A stretch of DNA of 64,000 bases from Botryllus schlosseri (Eukaryota): assembly GCA_051294905.1 (NCBI GenBank), contig CM119378.1, positions 6,758,001 through 6,822,000 on the forward strand, read 5' to 3'. Below the pieces are notes generated by a model. That model saw only the letters and a list, made by a program, of their open reading frames with translations, searched no databases and was not told the DNA's origin. The translations under genes and the position numbers were made by a program. Position 1 is the first letter of the stretch. Each line of letters starts with the position of its first letter. Shown piece by piece: positions 22,301 to 32,146 of this stretch.

Positions 22301-25300
22301 AGGTACGAAATACATGATGTACAAACAACAGCTGCTTCACAAAAACGTCTAAAGCATGACCGCTTCATCGTGAAGGAAACCGCTGTAGCATATATGCCTT
22401 GTTTTCAACGAGGGAAAGCATAGGCGCTTATGCAAGTGGCAATGGATTCCTAGTTTCAGAAATAATATATCATTATTGAATTCAAAGATAAAGCTTAACA
22501 ATGACACTATAAGTTAGGTGATCTTATTGGGCTCAGGTTGCCTTACATAGTTGAAGTTTTGAATGCTCTAGCGATCGGCTGAATCAGACGGTTAGGCTTA
22601 GCACTCACCAGATGTTTGCAGCAAATTGAATTCACTTGTAAAAGTTTTCAAAGTCCCTAATGATGTCGCAGAAACGAGGTTTAAATGCAAGCACAGGCCC
22701 TGCTTGATATGATATGCAAACTATGTTGGATACTATGCACTATGCAGCATTGTCTGTGTTTACCTTTACACCCCTTTTCTGCGCGATTATTAAGGAATTT
22801 GGCATATCATATCCAGCATATTATGTGCTTACTTTTACGCCTCTTTTCTGCGTCATCATCAAGGACTCTGACAACACTTGCAAGTGAATACATTTTGATG
22901 CAAGCATCTGACAAGTGCCAAGCATAACCCGCTGATTCAGCCGACCCTTAGAGCTTTCAAAACTTCAACTATGTACTACAACCTGAGCGCAATGAGATCA
23001 CACAAACTATAGTGTCATTGTTAAGCTTTATCTTTGTATTCAATAATGATATATGATTTCTGAAACTAGGAATCCGTCGCCACTTGCATAAGCGCCTATG
23101 CTTTCCCTCGTTGAAAACAAGGCATATAGGCTACGGCGGTTTCTTTCACAATAAAGCAGTCATGCTTTAGACGTTTTTGTGAAGCAGCTGTTGTTTGTTC
23201 ATCATGTATTTCGTACCTCAACATACCCTTAATCAATCCTAAATCATTATCTGTCAACCTACATACAATGCGCTTTCAGAATCGCCGCCAGTAGCAGACT
23301 CCTTGTTCACCTAATCAGCAAGCTGCTGCTGACGTGGTCATTGAAGCATAGCCGATTATCCAATCAAGAGCCGTGGTTTCTTGATTACTAGTCTTCTCGC
23401 CGTTCTATGGTCGGTGGCACGCCTATTCTTCGGCAGCTACTTTCAAACGCTTTGCACGAAATCTTAACGGCCTTTCTGTGAGCTTCTTTCAGGCTCAGTG
23501 TCGTTTTTTATCAATAATCTATCGAATAAGACATTACAACCGAGGATTTGTAAGATTTTCCAAATTATGGACAACCCTAGTGTGTATAGATGAATGACAA
23601 TCATTCATAACTGTATAGCTCATTTTGTAAAATTCCTACTACTTTTTATGATATAATTTCAATATGCACTTGAATGGTATATTCTTATTGAAATGAACCC
23701 GAATATTTTCGGCTGACACTCGTCAGGGGTAATCGTCAGCAACTAGTAGAGAATTGGAAAAGAACATTGTATATCAACAATCGTATCACAAAATATGACG
23801 TCCCCTGCATGAAATTTCGAATACGAGTGCACTATGTACTATTTTTAGATGGTAGACGAACTCTTTTTGTTGTCACAGCCTTGGCTGGTGTATTTTGATA
23901 AAAGTCGACAAAGTCTGCAAGACTGTTAACCTGTTGTGTTGGTATTGAATTTGAAATGTAAAGACCTCAAGTTCTGAATGAGAAATTTAAGTGATTGAAT
24001 CGTATATTTTGTCAGCAACTAGTAGGGAATTGGAAAGAACATTGTATATCAACTATCGTATCATAAAGTATGACGTCACCAGCACGAAATTTCGGTGCCG
24101 GTGATGTCATATTTTGTGATCCGATTCTTGATATACATGAAATACTTAGAAAAGGTGCTTCGCTACCTGCCCCTGATTTTGTGTTTCGGCCCGATTTTCA
24201 GGATCTTCAAGAAAGTTTTATCGTGATATATCTTGGTTCTAGTTTAAAATCAGTGTTGCGTTCGAGCAGGCCATGGCGAATTCGTTCATTCATGATGACC
24301 TTTCGCGTCTCTCCTGGTATTGGCTCGATTACCATTAGCTCGTTCTTGGATTAGGCTTGTTTGATCCTGCCTTGGAAGTAGAAAATTTTCAGCTACTCCA
24401 ATTTAGATTAGAATTAGATTCACAGTTACAGAGTGTTTTTTTTTTCAAAATTAGAGTAGAATTAGAATTAGCCTATAGCGACACGTTTATTTCCGAATTA
24501 GATTAAAATTAGAATTGGAGCTTTTGGTGTTTGAGATTTTTCATTTGCAATATTACCAGTCACATTGAATCGAACATTGTAGTGCATCGTCGCGCAACTT
24601 CATGTACATTTGTTGCCGTTGACTTTTCAGAACCCGCCAAGAACCGGAGTCGTATTGGGCAGGTCAAGTGACAGGGGCAAGGAGCAAATTGACATCGTGC
24701 TCAACATGTCCAAGTAGGGATTAAGTTTAATAGCAGATGTCCCAAACATTTGTTGTAAGCTAATCTATCGTTGGTAACCCAACTGGAACAAACTGATCTA
24801 TAAATTCACTTTGCTTCACAAGCGATTTGATTGGAATCATGTATCAATTTGAAAATCAATTCCAATTTGAAGCGCTTGGATTGTTTTCCCCCGATTGAGT
24901 ACATTGCAATGGTAAAAAAATGACAGTGGTACTTGTGATGTCATCGAGCGGTGTGATATCCTATTTAGCATACACTCCATTTTATGGTTCGCAGTTTATA
25001 AATAACTTCATTTCAATACACCACAAGATTGCAATACATTTCAAAGTTAGTAAGGATTCCCGGCGGAATACCGCTCACAGTTGTGGTCCATCATATCTGA
25101 TCAGTGGTTCACAAACTGGGGGGTTGAAAGCATCTGAAAGGGGGGCTCGAAGTCGCAGTCTACTGAAAATTATTTTGCGCACGGCGCGATTTTCTCGCAG
25201 CTCATAGTTACTGTATAGTTTGAATTTCATATTTGAGTATTCTCTCATCAACAGCCATAACGTTCCATGCCATCAGACTCTCCGTTGGGATTTTCTAGCA

Positions 25301-28300
25301 TTTTGGTTGTTCTTTTTATTACTTGTGTGATAGACGATAAGAGGGGCGCGAAATATTTTACTATCATAAAGCGTGTGTCTTTAAAAAAAGTTTGAGAACC
25401 ACTGTACTTGATAGATCGATATGTTCCTTTTGTAATGCAGGCTGAACATATGGTAATTGGATGAGCAGAACGTGTGTGTGTTTTACTTATGTACTGATGA
25501 GTTCGAAGGGAAGAAGTCATTGAATTCTGCGGGACAATGACGGCAATGGAACTGTATGTTTAGAGTCTCAGCAAAACAGAGTCTCACCCGCAAACAGTTC
25601 ACAGAAACATGTCTGCTACGCCTTTGATCACAAAGAATTTTTAATCACCGGAATTTTCATCCCGTTAGATTCTTCGACGAACTAGGGGGCATGGAGGGCG
25701 TGAACCAAAATCAAGGGAAACCTGGAGCGCCGGTCAGTCCCCTTGCTGGGGAGGAGGACGATTTTGAAAGTGCTTCGCAGGTGATGAAGAGACAGCGTTG
25801 CAATTGTAATATCAGCATTGATAATGAATGATTCGATGCATTTGGAATAGGTGACGGGGCCGAGGAGGCCTGTTTGGGAGGCCCCGGACAGTGAGGCCGA
25901 GTCTGTGGCGTCGCGACTGAAAAGCGCCCGACTGTCGGGTATCGGGGTCGATACTTTTGTGAAGTGAGTGCGGGAATTGTTCTGTGAACTCTTGCTTGAC
26001 ATAGCGTCTGTATTTCGTTACTTGGGCAGAATGCCATAATATAATTGTAGCTGTCGAATCTATGTGGTGAGTAAATGAGATTTCTTACTTTTTGCGAGAC
26101 CGTGTTGTTACGGTAAGAAGTTTACAAATTGCACTGTAATCGTACCCGCAAATTTGTGTGTGAATCGCAGTCGAACACATCTTGCTTCGGTGCAATCGAT
26201 TGATTGTGCGATGCAATTGACTGTATTCATTCCATTATAATTGATTGTGTCCCTTATTAAAAGTTAACGGCATAGTAAGAAGCGTGCAAACAGCCAGTCA
26301 ATTCCTTTTAAGTTCGTTCGTAAGTGTAGAGAAGTGGCTGCATGCTGCAGGTGAGGTTCTTATAACCAAATCACAGCATTTCATAAATTGGTCAACATCT
26401 AACGAACATTCTCGTCTGTGTCAGTAATTAATTACTTTGACGCCATGTTCACTGGGCCTTTATCTCTATTGGAGTCGACGATTATTGAATGGAATAATCG
26501 AGATTTATGTCTTCAGGAAGACAGTCTTGAAAATATATCAATAATACCTACTGTTATGTTTTTCTGTTGCATAATTTGATTCTGATGTGTTATCTTTGTT
26601 ATGACTACTGCATAATTACATTACATGTATAGCTGACTTCGTCTATTGTTGGTGAATGACATTGCTAGGTCATAGTTTGCCAAGTTGGATTTTGTTTGAA
26701 TCTCTGATGAGATTCTTGCTATTGTGTCGTTAATTCTGGATAACAGGTTCACGAAAAGTCTTTTGAGTTTAATAAATTACACTGCAACCAACAAAGTCCT
26801 GAAAGCAATATCATAGTAGTACACTAGGACTGCCTCTTCCAGACATTAGTCTGTATTTTGACGTGCCAGTCGCTCACTTGTTTTCTGATATATCCGATTT
26901 CCATAGCGCAAACTACTCTATTCTGTGTTTTCACTTCGTATTCGTCTCCGTGACAGCGCTGAAGACACACCGGGGTCTAGAAAATCGTCGAAAGCAAGTC
27001 TCAAGCAAGCCCCGGTCAGCCCTCGTCCACACACCGCCCCGTCTAAACCCAGATCCAACGTCAGCGCCGCACGATCTCAAGGTGGGTGTCTGCCACAGGG
27101 GGTCAAAGTTGTCGTTCTAAAGGACTCAGTATCAGTAAAAGTAACACTGTAAATTTTACTCAATCAGTAGTAGCAATTTACGAGACTTGTCGGCTTCAAG
27201 TGGAAGTAAAAAAGATGTAAAAAGTAGTGAAGTAAGTAGTTACAAGAAGTAGATTTAGTAGAGGGGCAACATAACTGCTTTTGAAACCGCATTGTAACTA
27301 ATGAAAATGCAAATAGCTGCGATTTTTTAAGTTATTTTCAGTTACCTTGATACGGGTCTGTTACGTCCCTTTGTTTTGACAATTTTACTCACAAAGTGGA
27401 CGCGACCATCCCAAACTACTCTCTAGTGTAAAAAGCATTTTTTCCTAAAAAAACGTCGAAGCAAAGTGAAAGTAATCTATAAACAACCACTTGAATAAGT
27501 GTACTCAAGGTACACCGAAAAAGCTTCAGTTATTGATCAGTTGACCAGGACCACCGCTGGTGGATGGTTTGAATGTTAATGGTGTGACTTTTTGGGGTAC
27601 AGAACTTTAATATACATTTAAGTAATATATTCAATTCATAGATATTGAAACCTGAAGCTTTCCGAGCTGACAGTCTTCAGGGGCAATCGTCAGCGAATGG
27701 AGAATTTTAAAAACATGCCTCTAGCTACATTGCATACAACCAATTATGACGTCATAGAAACAAACAACATGAAATACAGGCAAACCGCGAGCACAGCTGG
27801 TGGCCAATTTTTAGACCGATTAAAAATTCCTTCTTACGCAAACGCGGTCGGTGGATTTTAATAAAAGTCGATTCCAGTGCAGACAGATGGAAATGAGCGC
27901 GGCCTCTACCTAATCCTACGAATCTTTCGTCGCGATGGTTTTTAGCGCAAATTGTATTCTCAGTCAAGTGCTTGTCGATGGCAGAGTTCATAGCCATGGC
28001 CTGATTGTGTTCTGGTAATCGTAGATCACTAATGGCTGCATTTTCGCGAGAGTCTAATGTGCGCGATCTAATAACACTCAAAACATGTTGTTTGATGCGT
28101 TCCTGCAAGCGCTGAGTTGTTCTTCCCGCGTACCGACAATCACAGTGGCACTTGAATTCATAGACTATATTGCTTTATTGAGAAGAAGGAAGAACATCTT
28201 TGCGCGTTTGGTCTATGCCAGGGATTCTCATTGTCTCGCGCACTCTAACCGACAAGATAGCGTAATGGTGGAATGTCTGGCTTCTGGATCGGTAGGTTGT

Positions 28301-29475
28301 GGGTTCGATCCCTGGCCCGCTTGGCGCTCAGCAATAACGGGGTAGCATGGAGGGGCGGTGCGAGACTTAGACAGCCTTACAAGGCTATATCGGCACCTTC
28401 CTTGTCCGGCGGCATATGCGTATCATGCACTCATGGTATGCATACGCACAGATCGTGTGTGTTGTCTATCATGAGTAGGTGTATATGCCGCAAAAAAACC
28501 AAAAATATACGACCTCCTTTTCTCTACATTCAATAGTAATCCTAATAGCGTCTTCTGGTGTTCTAAGTATATTTTGTTCGTGTAGGACCTGAATCTCCTG
28601 CGAAAGTAGGAAAGTCGCCCCGTAGCAGGCCAACGACGCCTAAAACAAGCCGTCCCGCTACGCCGAAAGGTAGCCAAGTCGGTAGCGCGAGAGCAAGCCG
28701 GCGTGCGTCACAGGCATCGGACGCTTCTCGGAAAATCGCTAGCGACGAAGTCAAGGTTGGTGTTTGGCATTTGATTGACCTAGAGATAGAGCTTAGACTA
28801 ATTGCAATTGTCAAATTAGACTGAATAGAGCGAAATGCTGTTAATCTAATGTTGATTCTTATCGGATTTTTGAATTTCCTGACAATACTGCGGGAGAACT
28901 ATATAGTGTGAAACGGGCTAAGCTTGCTGTACAGACGTTTGTCATGCTTATGCTTATAAGAATGAACTGAACATGGTTTTTATTGTATTTCTTTATAATT
29001 CGGAATCAAATTCAATTTTCTAGATTTTGCAATTTCAATAATTGTAATTCTAATCTAATTTGGAAAAACTGAAAATTTTCTTGTCTTCCAACTCTGATGT
29101 GCGGGGTGGCGACAGCCTATCAGGCTAGTTCTCTTCAAGCTGCAACCCTACCCATGTACCCAATCACCCAGGCTTGGGACTGGCGCTGAGTTTCTGGGAG
29201 ACAGGCAGTGGGAATTGAACCCGAGACCTCTGAGCTACTGTGATTTTCATGGGTATCTGCCACTAAAAAATTTTTGAATCAAATATTCTCATTTCGGATT
29301 TGTTTCATTGGTGTTGTGGCAATAGTACGTTTTTTTTCAGCGTTCAAGTCGATTGCGTTTGCGCTGTTACATCGTCTCATTGTCAATCGTAGAATTGTTA
29401 AGGCAAGCCCGAATTTCATTTAGCAAAGCTGTTTTTTATTTATAGAATGGAAACAAGAAAGAGCAAGGTGAATGA
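16322..29475 (+). CDS. C8orf34: C8orf34/VEST1 homologue (N-terminal RIIa-like dimerization/docking domain), 14 coding exons, ~467 aa
   Basis: Exons 16322-16387, 16983-17075, 17212-17287, 20223-20348, 20413-20492, 20553-20655, 20874-20967, 21555-21687, 24631-24713, 25669-25780, 25851-25963, 26957-27081, 28586-28755 and 29446-29475 (last exon tentative); phases join throughout. Colinear motifs recalled from human C8orf34: RIQNYLRENKIRELFEEMMHKLV.DLP..P (cf. [27 protein letters not shown]), AKLWA, RKYNKPW, DDQEDEALELLEDPQDLMDEGV, IVLNMS, EEDDFESASQVTGP and W..PDSEAE. Confidence 0.85.
17779..18483. mobile_element. Old MITE-like element with diverged ~140-bp inverted arms
   Basis: Arm ~17785-17925 (..TTCTGGGGATTCACTGATTAAATTTT..GTTACC..CACCAAATTTG..GATGTGAACG) is inverted against ~18340-18480 (CGTTCACATC..CAAATTTGGTG..GGTAAC..GGTGAATCCCCAGAA). 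The ends are uncertain. Confidence 0.5.
19082..19350 (+). mobile_element. tRNA-derived SINE (Meta-like core, tail type B ending in (TC)n)
   Basis: A-box-like GATAGTGTAATGG and B-box GGTTCGATCCC. Core CCGGGTCATACCAAAGACTCGAAAAATGGTATCC...CCTGCTAGGCGCTCAGCA. Its 3' tail differs from the other two copies and ends in a TC microsatellite. Confidence 0.85.
19505..19816. mobile_element. Tc1/mariner-like MITE
   Basis: TA|CTGTAAACCGCGCTAACTTTGGAC ... GTCCAAAGTTGCCCCGGTTTACAG|TA: ~24-bp TIRs with a TA TSD. Confidence 0.8.
21201..21300 (-). repeat. Degenerate copy of the hammerhead-bearing repeat
   Basis: The minus strand reads ACCC-GTGACGAG-TGTCAGC-CGAAA-ATAT-TT-GGGT (C3>G, C17>U), attached to the family arm. 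Confidence 0.75.
21769..23579. mobile_element. 1811-bp foldback-type non-autonomous hAT element
   Basis: TAGGGTTGTCC...GGACAACCCTA ends and a perfect 8-bp TSD GTGTGTAT (21761-21768, 23580-23587). Inverted arms ~21769-22596 and ~22925-23579 surround a ~330-bp spacer. The left arm has a 171-bp tandem duplication (22010-22180, 22181-22351). Confidence 0.92.
23697..23730 (-). ncRNA. Minimal type-I hammerhead ribozyme, core intact
   Basis: The minus strand reads ACCC-CUGACGA-G-UGUCAGC-C-GAAA-AUAU-UC-GGGU. All core nucleotides are present, stem I is 4 bp, stem II is a single G-C pair and stem III is palindromic (AAUAUU). Predicted cleavage is after UUC, between 23701 and 23700. Confidence 0.75.
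24010..24130. repeat. Arm plus central palindrome of the hammerhead-associated family (no core)
   Basis: GTCAGCAACTAGTAGGGAATTGGAAAGAACATTGTATATCAAC...ATGACGTCACCAGCACGAAATTTCGGTGCCGGTGATGTCATATTTTGTGAT, a hairpin centred on CACGAAATTTCG(G)TG. Confidence 0.7.
25102..25404. mobile_element. hAT(Charlie)-like MITE, CAGTGGTTC(A/T)CAAACT TIR
   Basis: CAGTGGTTCACAAACT ... AGTTTGAGAACCACTG. Flanks TATCTGAT / TACTTGAT match at 6 of 8 positions (decayed TSD). Confidence 0.7.
27651..27715 (-). repeat. Degenerate copy of the hammerhead-bearing repeat
   Basis: The minus strand reads GCTGACGATTGCCC-CTGAAGAC-TGTCAGCT-CGGAAAGCTTC-AGG, with substitutions in stem II and the GAAA strand. Confidence 0.6.
28248..28505 (+). 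mobile_element. tRNA-derived SINE (tail type A, core partly deleted)
   Basis: Head ACCGACAAGATAGCGTAATGG...GGTTCGATCCC. It jumps directly to GCTTGGCGCTCAGCA, and its tail is shared with 8172-8470. Confidence 0.8.
29088..29242 (-). mobile_element. SINE-like element: partial tRNA head (B-box), twister-ribozyme-like body and RTE-like 3' tail
   Basis: The minus strand reads ...GGGTTCAATTCCC-ACTGCC-(19 nt)-GCCAG-TCCCAAGC-CTGG-GTGA...GTAGGGTTGC...GCTGTCGCCACCCCGCACATCAGAGTTGGAAGAC. Confidence 0.55.
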
Positions 29476-30066
29476 AATCACTTACCGGACGAAGTTAGCT
29501 GCTTATCACGCAGACACGGAGTAGCAGTATTTTCATGTATCTTTTTCTACCATGATGGATGCTGCAGTCGCGGTTTACGTGTTAGGGCCATGCTTTGAGA
29601 GCGGATAGTATATGACAAGTATTATAATTTCATCAGCAGCTGCGACATCACCAAGCCAAAATTTGTTGTGACACTTTGTAAGTTGTTGCTTACATGTTTA
29701 TGGCAAATTGCGTTCCAACCAAAATCTCGAATGGCGGTTTGACCAGGGGTCGGCTTCTTTCGTGGCACGCCTAATGATTTTACACTCTTACTAACTTTCT
29801 TTTCTAAGACAACCGCTTTTCAAATTGGAAAGTCAGGGTATGTTAACTTCTTCTTGATGTTCTCTTGGAATCAGCTGGATATGGCGTAACTATGGTTGTT
29901 GGATTTCATATGATCAGATAGCAAGGTTCTTCGCCCAATTTGGCCGAAAATTATCACAAATACCAAGAATTCCTATTGCTGTCGAACATAGTTTTTTGAA
30001 TAGGCATTTTGAAGTACAAAACTTCAATATTGCAGCAAACAATACGTTCATATTGCAAATTTATTC

Positions 30067-30102
30067 CACTCGAAGCTTTTCGACTGGCCCTCTTCAGGAG
30101 TG
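30067..30102 (-). ncRNA. Minimal type-I hammerhead ribozyme, core intact
   Basis: The minus strand reads CACUC-CUGAAGA-G-GGCCAGU-C-GAAA-AGCU-UC-GAGUG. Stem I is a perfect 5 bp and stem III is palindromic (AAGCUU). Predicted cleavage is between 30072 and 30071, and AAUAAA lies 1 nt past stem I (30065-30060). Confidence 0.8.
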
Positions 30103-30187
30103 ACTACCATTAAATGAGGTTAACCAAGTTCGAAACAATGACATGTACACAGAGTTTTTTGAATGCTCGCATTATTGCTGACAGTAT

Positions 30188-30225
30188 CCCTTGACGAGTG
30201 TCAGCCGAAAAGCGTCGGGAATAAA
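30188..30225 (+). ncRNA. Degenerate minimal hammerhead motif
   Basis: CCC-TTGACGAG-TGTCAGC-CGAAA-AGCG-TC-GGG-AATAAA (C3>U and a stem III mismatch). Confidence 0.6.
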
Positions 30226-32146
30226 TGTGAGTATATTATTCAGATGCATTATGAGGTTCTGTAATCCAAAGCGTCTCTTTGTGTAAATACCAAGAAGTTG
30301 CACGTGACTTCTGTTCCTGGAGACGCTAGATTGTCCCCATTTCAAAGCCCAAAATATGCATGAGGTATTTATTCCTAAATGGCTGTGATAAGTTGCAATG
30401 TTAGCCAAGGGACAGTAAATAGGTGGCAAGAAGATAAAATCACTCGAGTGTTTTGAGGTAACCATGAACCTTCTGTCAAGAACTCCTCTAAAATTCTGCA
30501 GGCTTTGGTTTTTGACATTTGCACAGTTGCCGACCCCCGAGCTGAACCATTAGTTGTTGGTGAATTCATTTCAAAATTTATATTTTCAAGTGTTCGGATG
30601 TCATTTTGTATTTAGAATTTTTATATTCTTATAATATCGATGAAGTATTGATGTATTTCTTCCTTGTATAGTACAACCGCTAGATCGCGAATGTTTTCCA
30701 TTCTATCGGTGGCCTACCACCGTGCAAAACACACAATGCATTTTATATTTTCGTTTTCCGATGCCGTACCAAATCACACTATAATGTTGTAGTTTTTTTA
30801 CTCGCTTCAAAATCGATTGCTCAATTACCGCAATGCTTTGACTTTTCGATACCTATTTCCAATACAAAATATAGACAACACAAATTTGTGATATATTAGT
30901 GCTAAAACGATGGAGTGATCAGGTCTTGAGTTATATTGAAAATGTGAGATGCCTGCTAAGAAGTAGCAAGGGAATGATGGTATGATTATGATATCACTAG
31001 GGCGATTATCTTTTGACGTAGCAAAAAAGTCAAAATTTTGTCACAATCGTTGATAAAGTCAAAGAATTTTTGCAGACTGCATTCCGTTTGTGTCGTAGAG
31101 GTAGCACTGTCGGTGGACTTATCTTTTGACTCATAAACCATCGAATGAAACAAATAAGTTGACATGGCATGCTGATCAACTCCCCGAAAAACGACTAAAA
31201 TTTTTAGTAGGTCCGAAGATTTTCCAAGCTTACGCCGTTATCTGAAATCCAAATCTGGAACTTTACTGCGTGGTAGATATTAGTTCTTATATCACAGTGG
31301 TAGGCAACGTATGAGTGGATCGCGAGATGTTAACAAAACACAGAATTGGGCTGCGGTCTAAAAGTGTGATGTTGACAACATTGTCGGTATGAAGCAACAG
31401 TGGTGTTGCTAGCAGTATACACTGAACTTCAATGCTGCCAGCAAACAACTGCTCCTATTGAGTGTCTTTATTCTTGGAAAGCTACTTTGTAAGGACAGAC
31501 AGTTCCAACTAAAAATGAAGAAAAGTACTACAATTCCAACATTATGTGCACTTGTGCAGCAATGCCTAATTTAAATACTCACGTGCAAAATTTTGTCAGA
31601 ATTAAGAGTATTATTATTTTCATTTTTAGTGCACACTTTGGCTTTATAATGTGTTATATCATGTTCACAATCCAAAGGCATCTATCATCGCACATAGGAA
31701 TTCATAAGATTTTCATGTACTGGTGCTAATAACACAGAAATGATGCAGTTTTCCTTCCTTGCTTTGTCAAAAATGCAATATGTTCCCCATGCAGTTCTGA
31801 ACTCTTTGCAGTGCAGGTGTTTGCTCATTTGAATTCCAGTTTCGTCATAACTGACAATACTCACATTATCTGACTGGAGGGTTACAGTTGAGCATGCTAC
31901 TCTGGCGTGCCATGATTAGGTAAATACCACTTGAATAAAACTTGTACTTCGGCCTTGACAAGAATTTAACGGCATCTCCACAGTGCGTCAGAGACAACAT
32001 CAATGAACTGATATATTTAATATTGAAAATATATGTACATTTGTCCACATGTTGGAAAAAATAGAACAATGTTTTGAGCTATGGACTTAACATTGCTATG
32101 GTAAAAAAGAGTTGCCAGTCCAAGTAAGGGGATTCGTCACTTTGGA

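Noticed and set aside
21957-22340. 127-aa ORF with an internal 57-aa repeat
   Set aside because: It is an artefact of the 171-bp tandem duplication inside the foldback element and has no transposase motifs.
22597-22924. Spacer of the foldback element as a hAT transposase remnant
   Set aside because: No BED finger, DDE or hAT dimerization motif is recognisable in the frames I translated.
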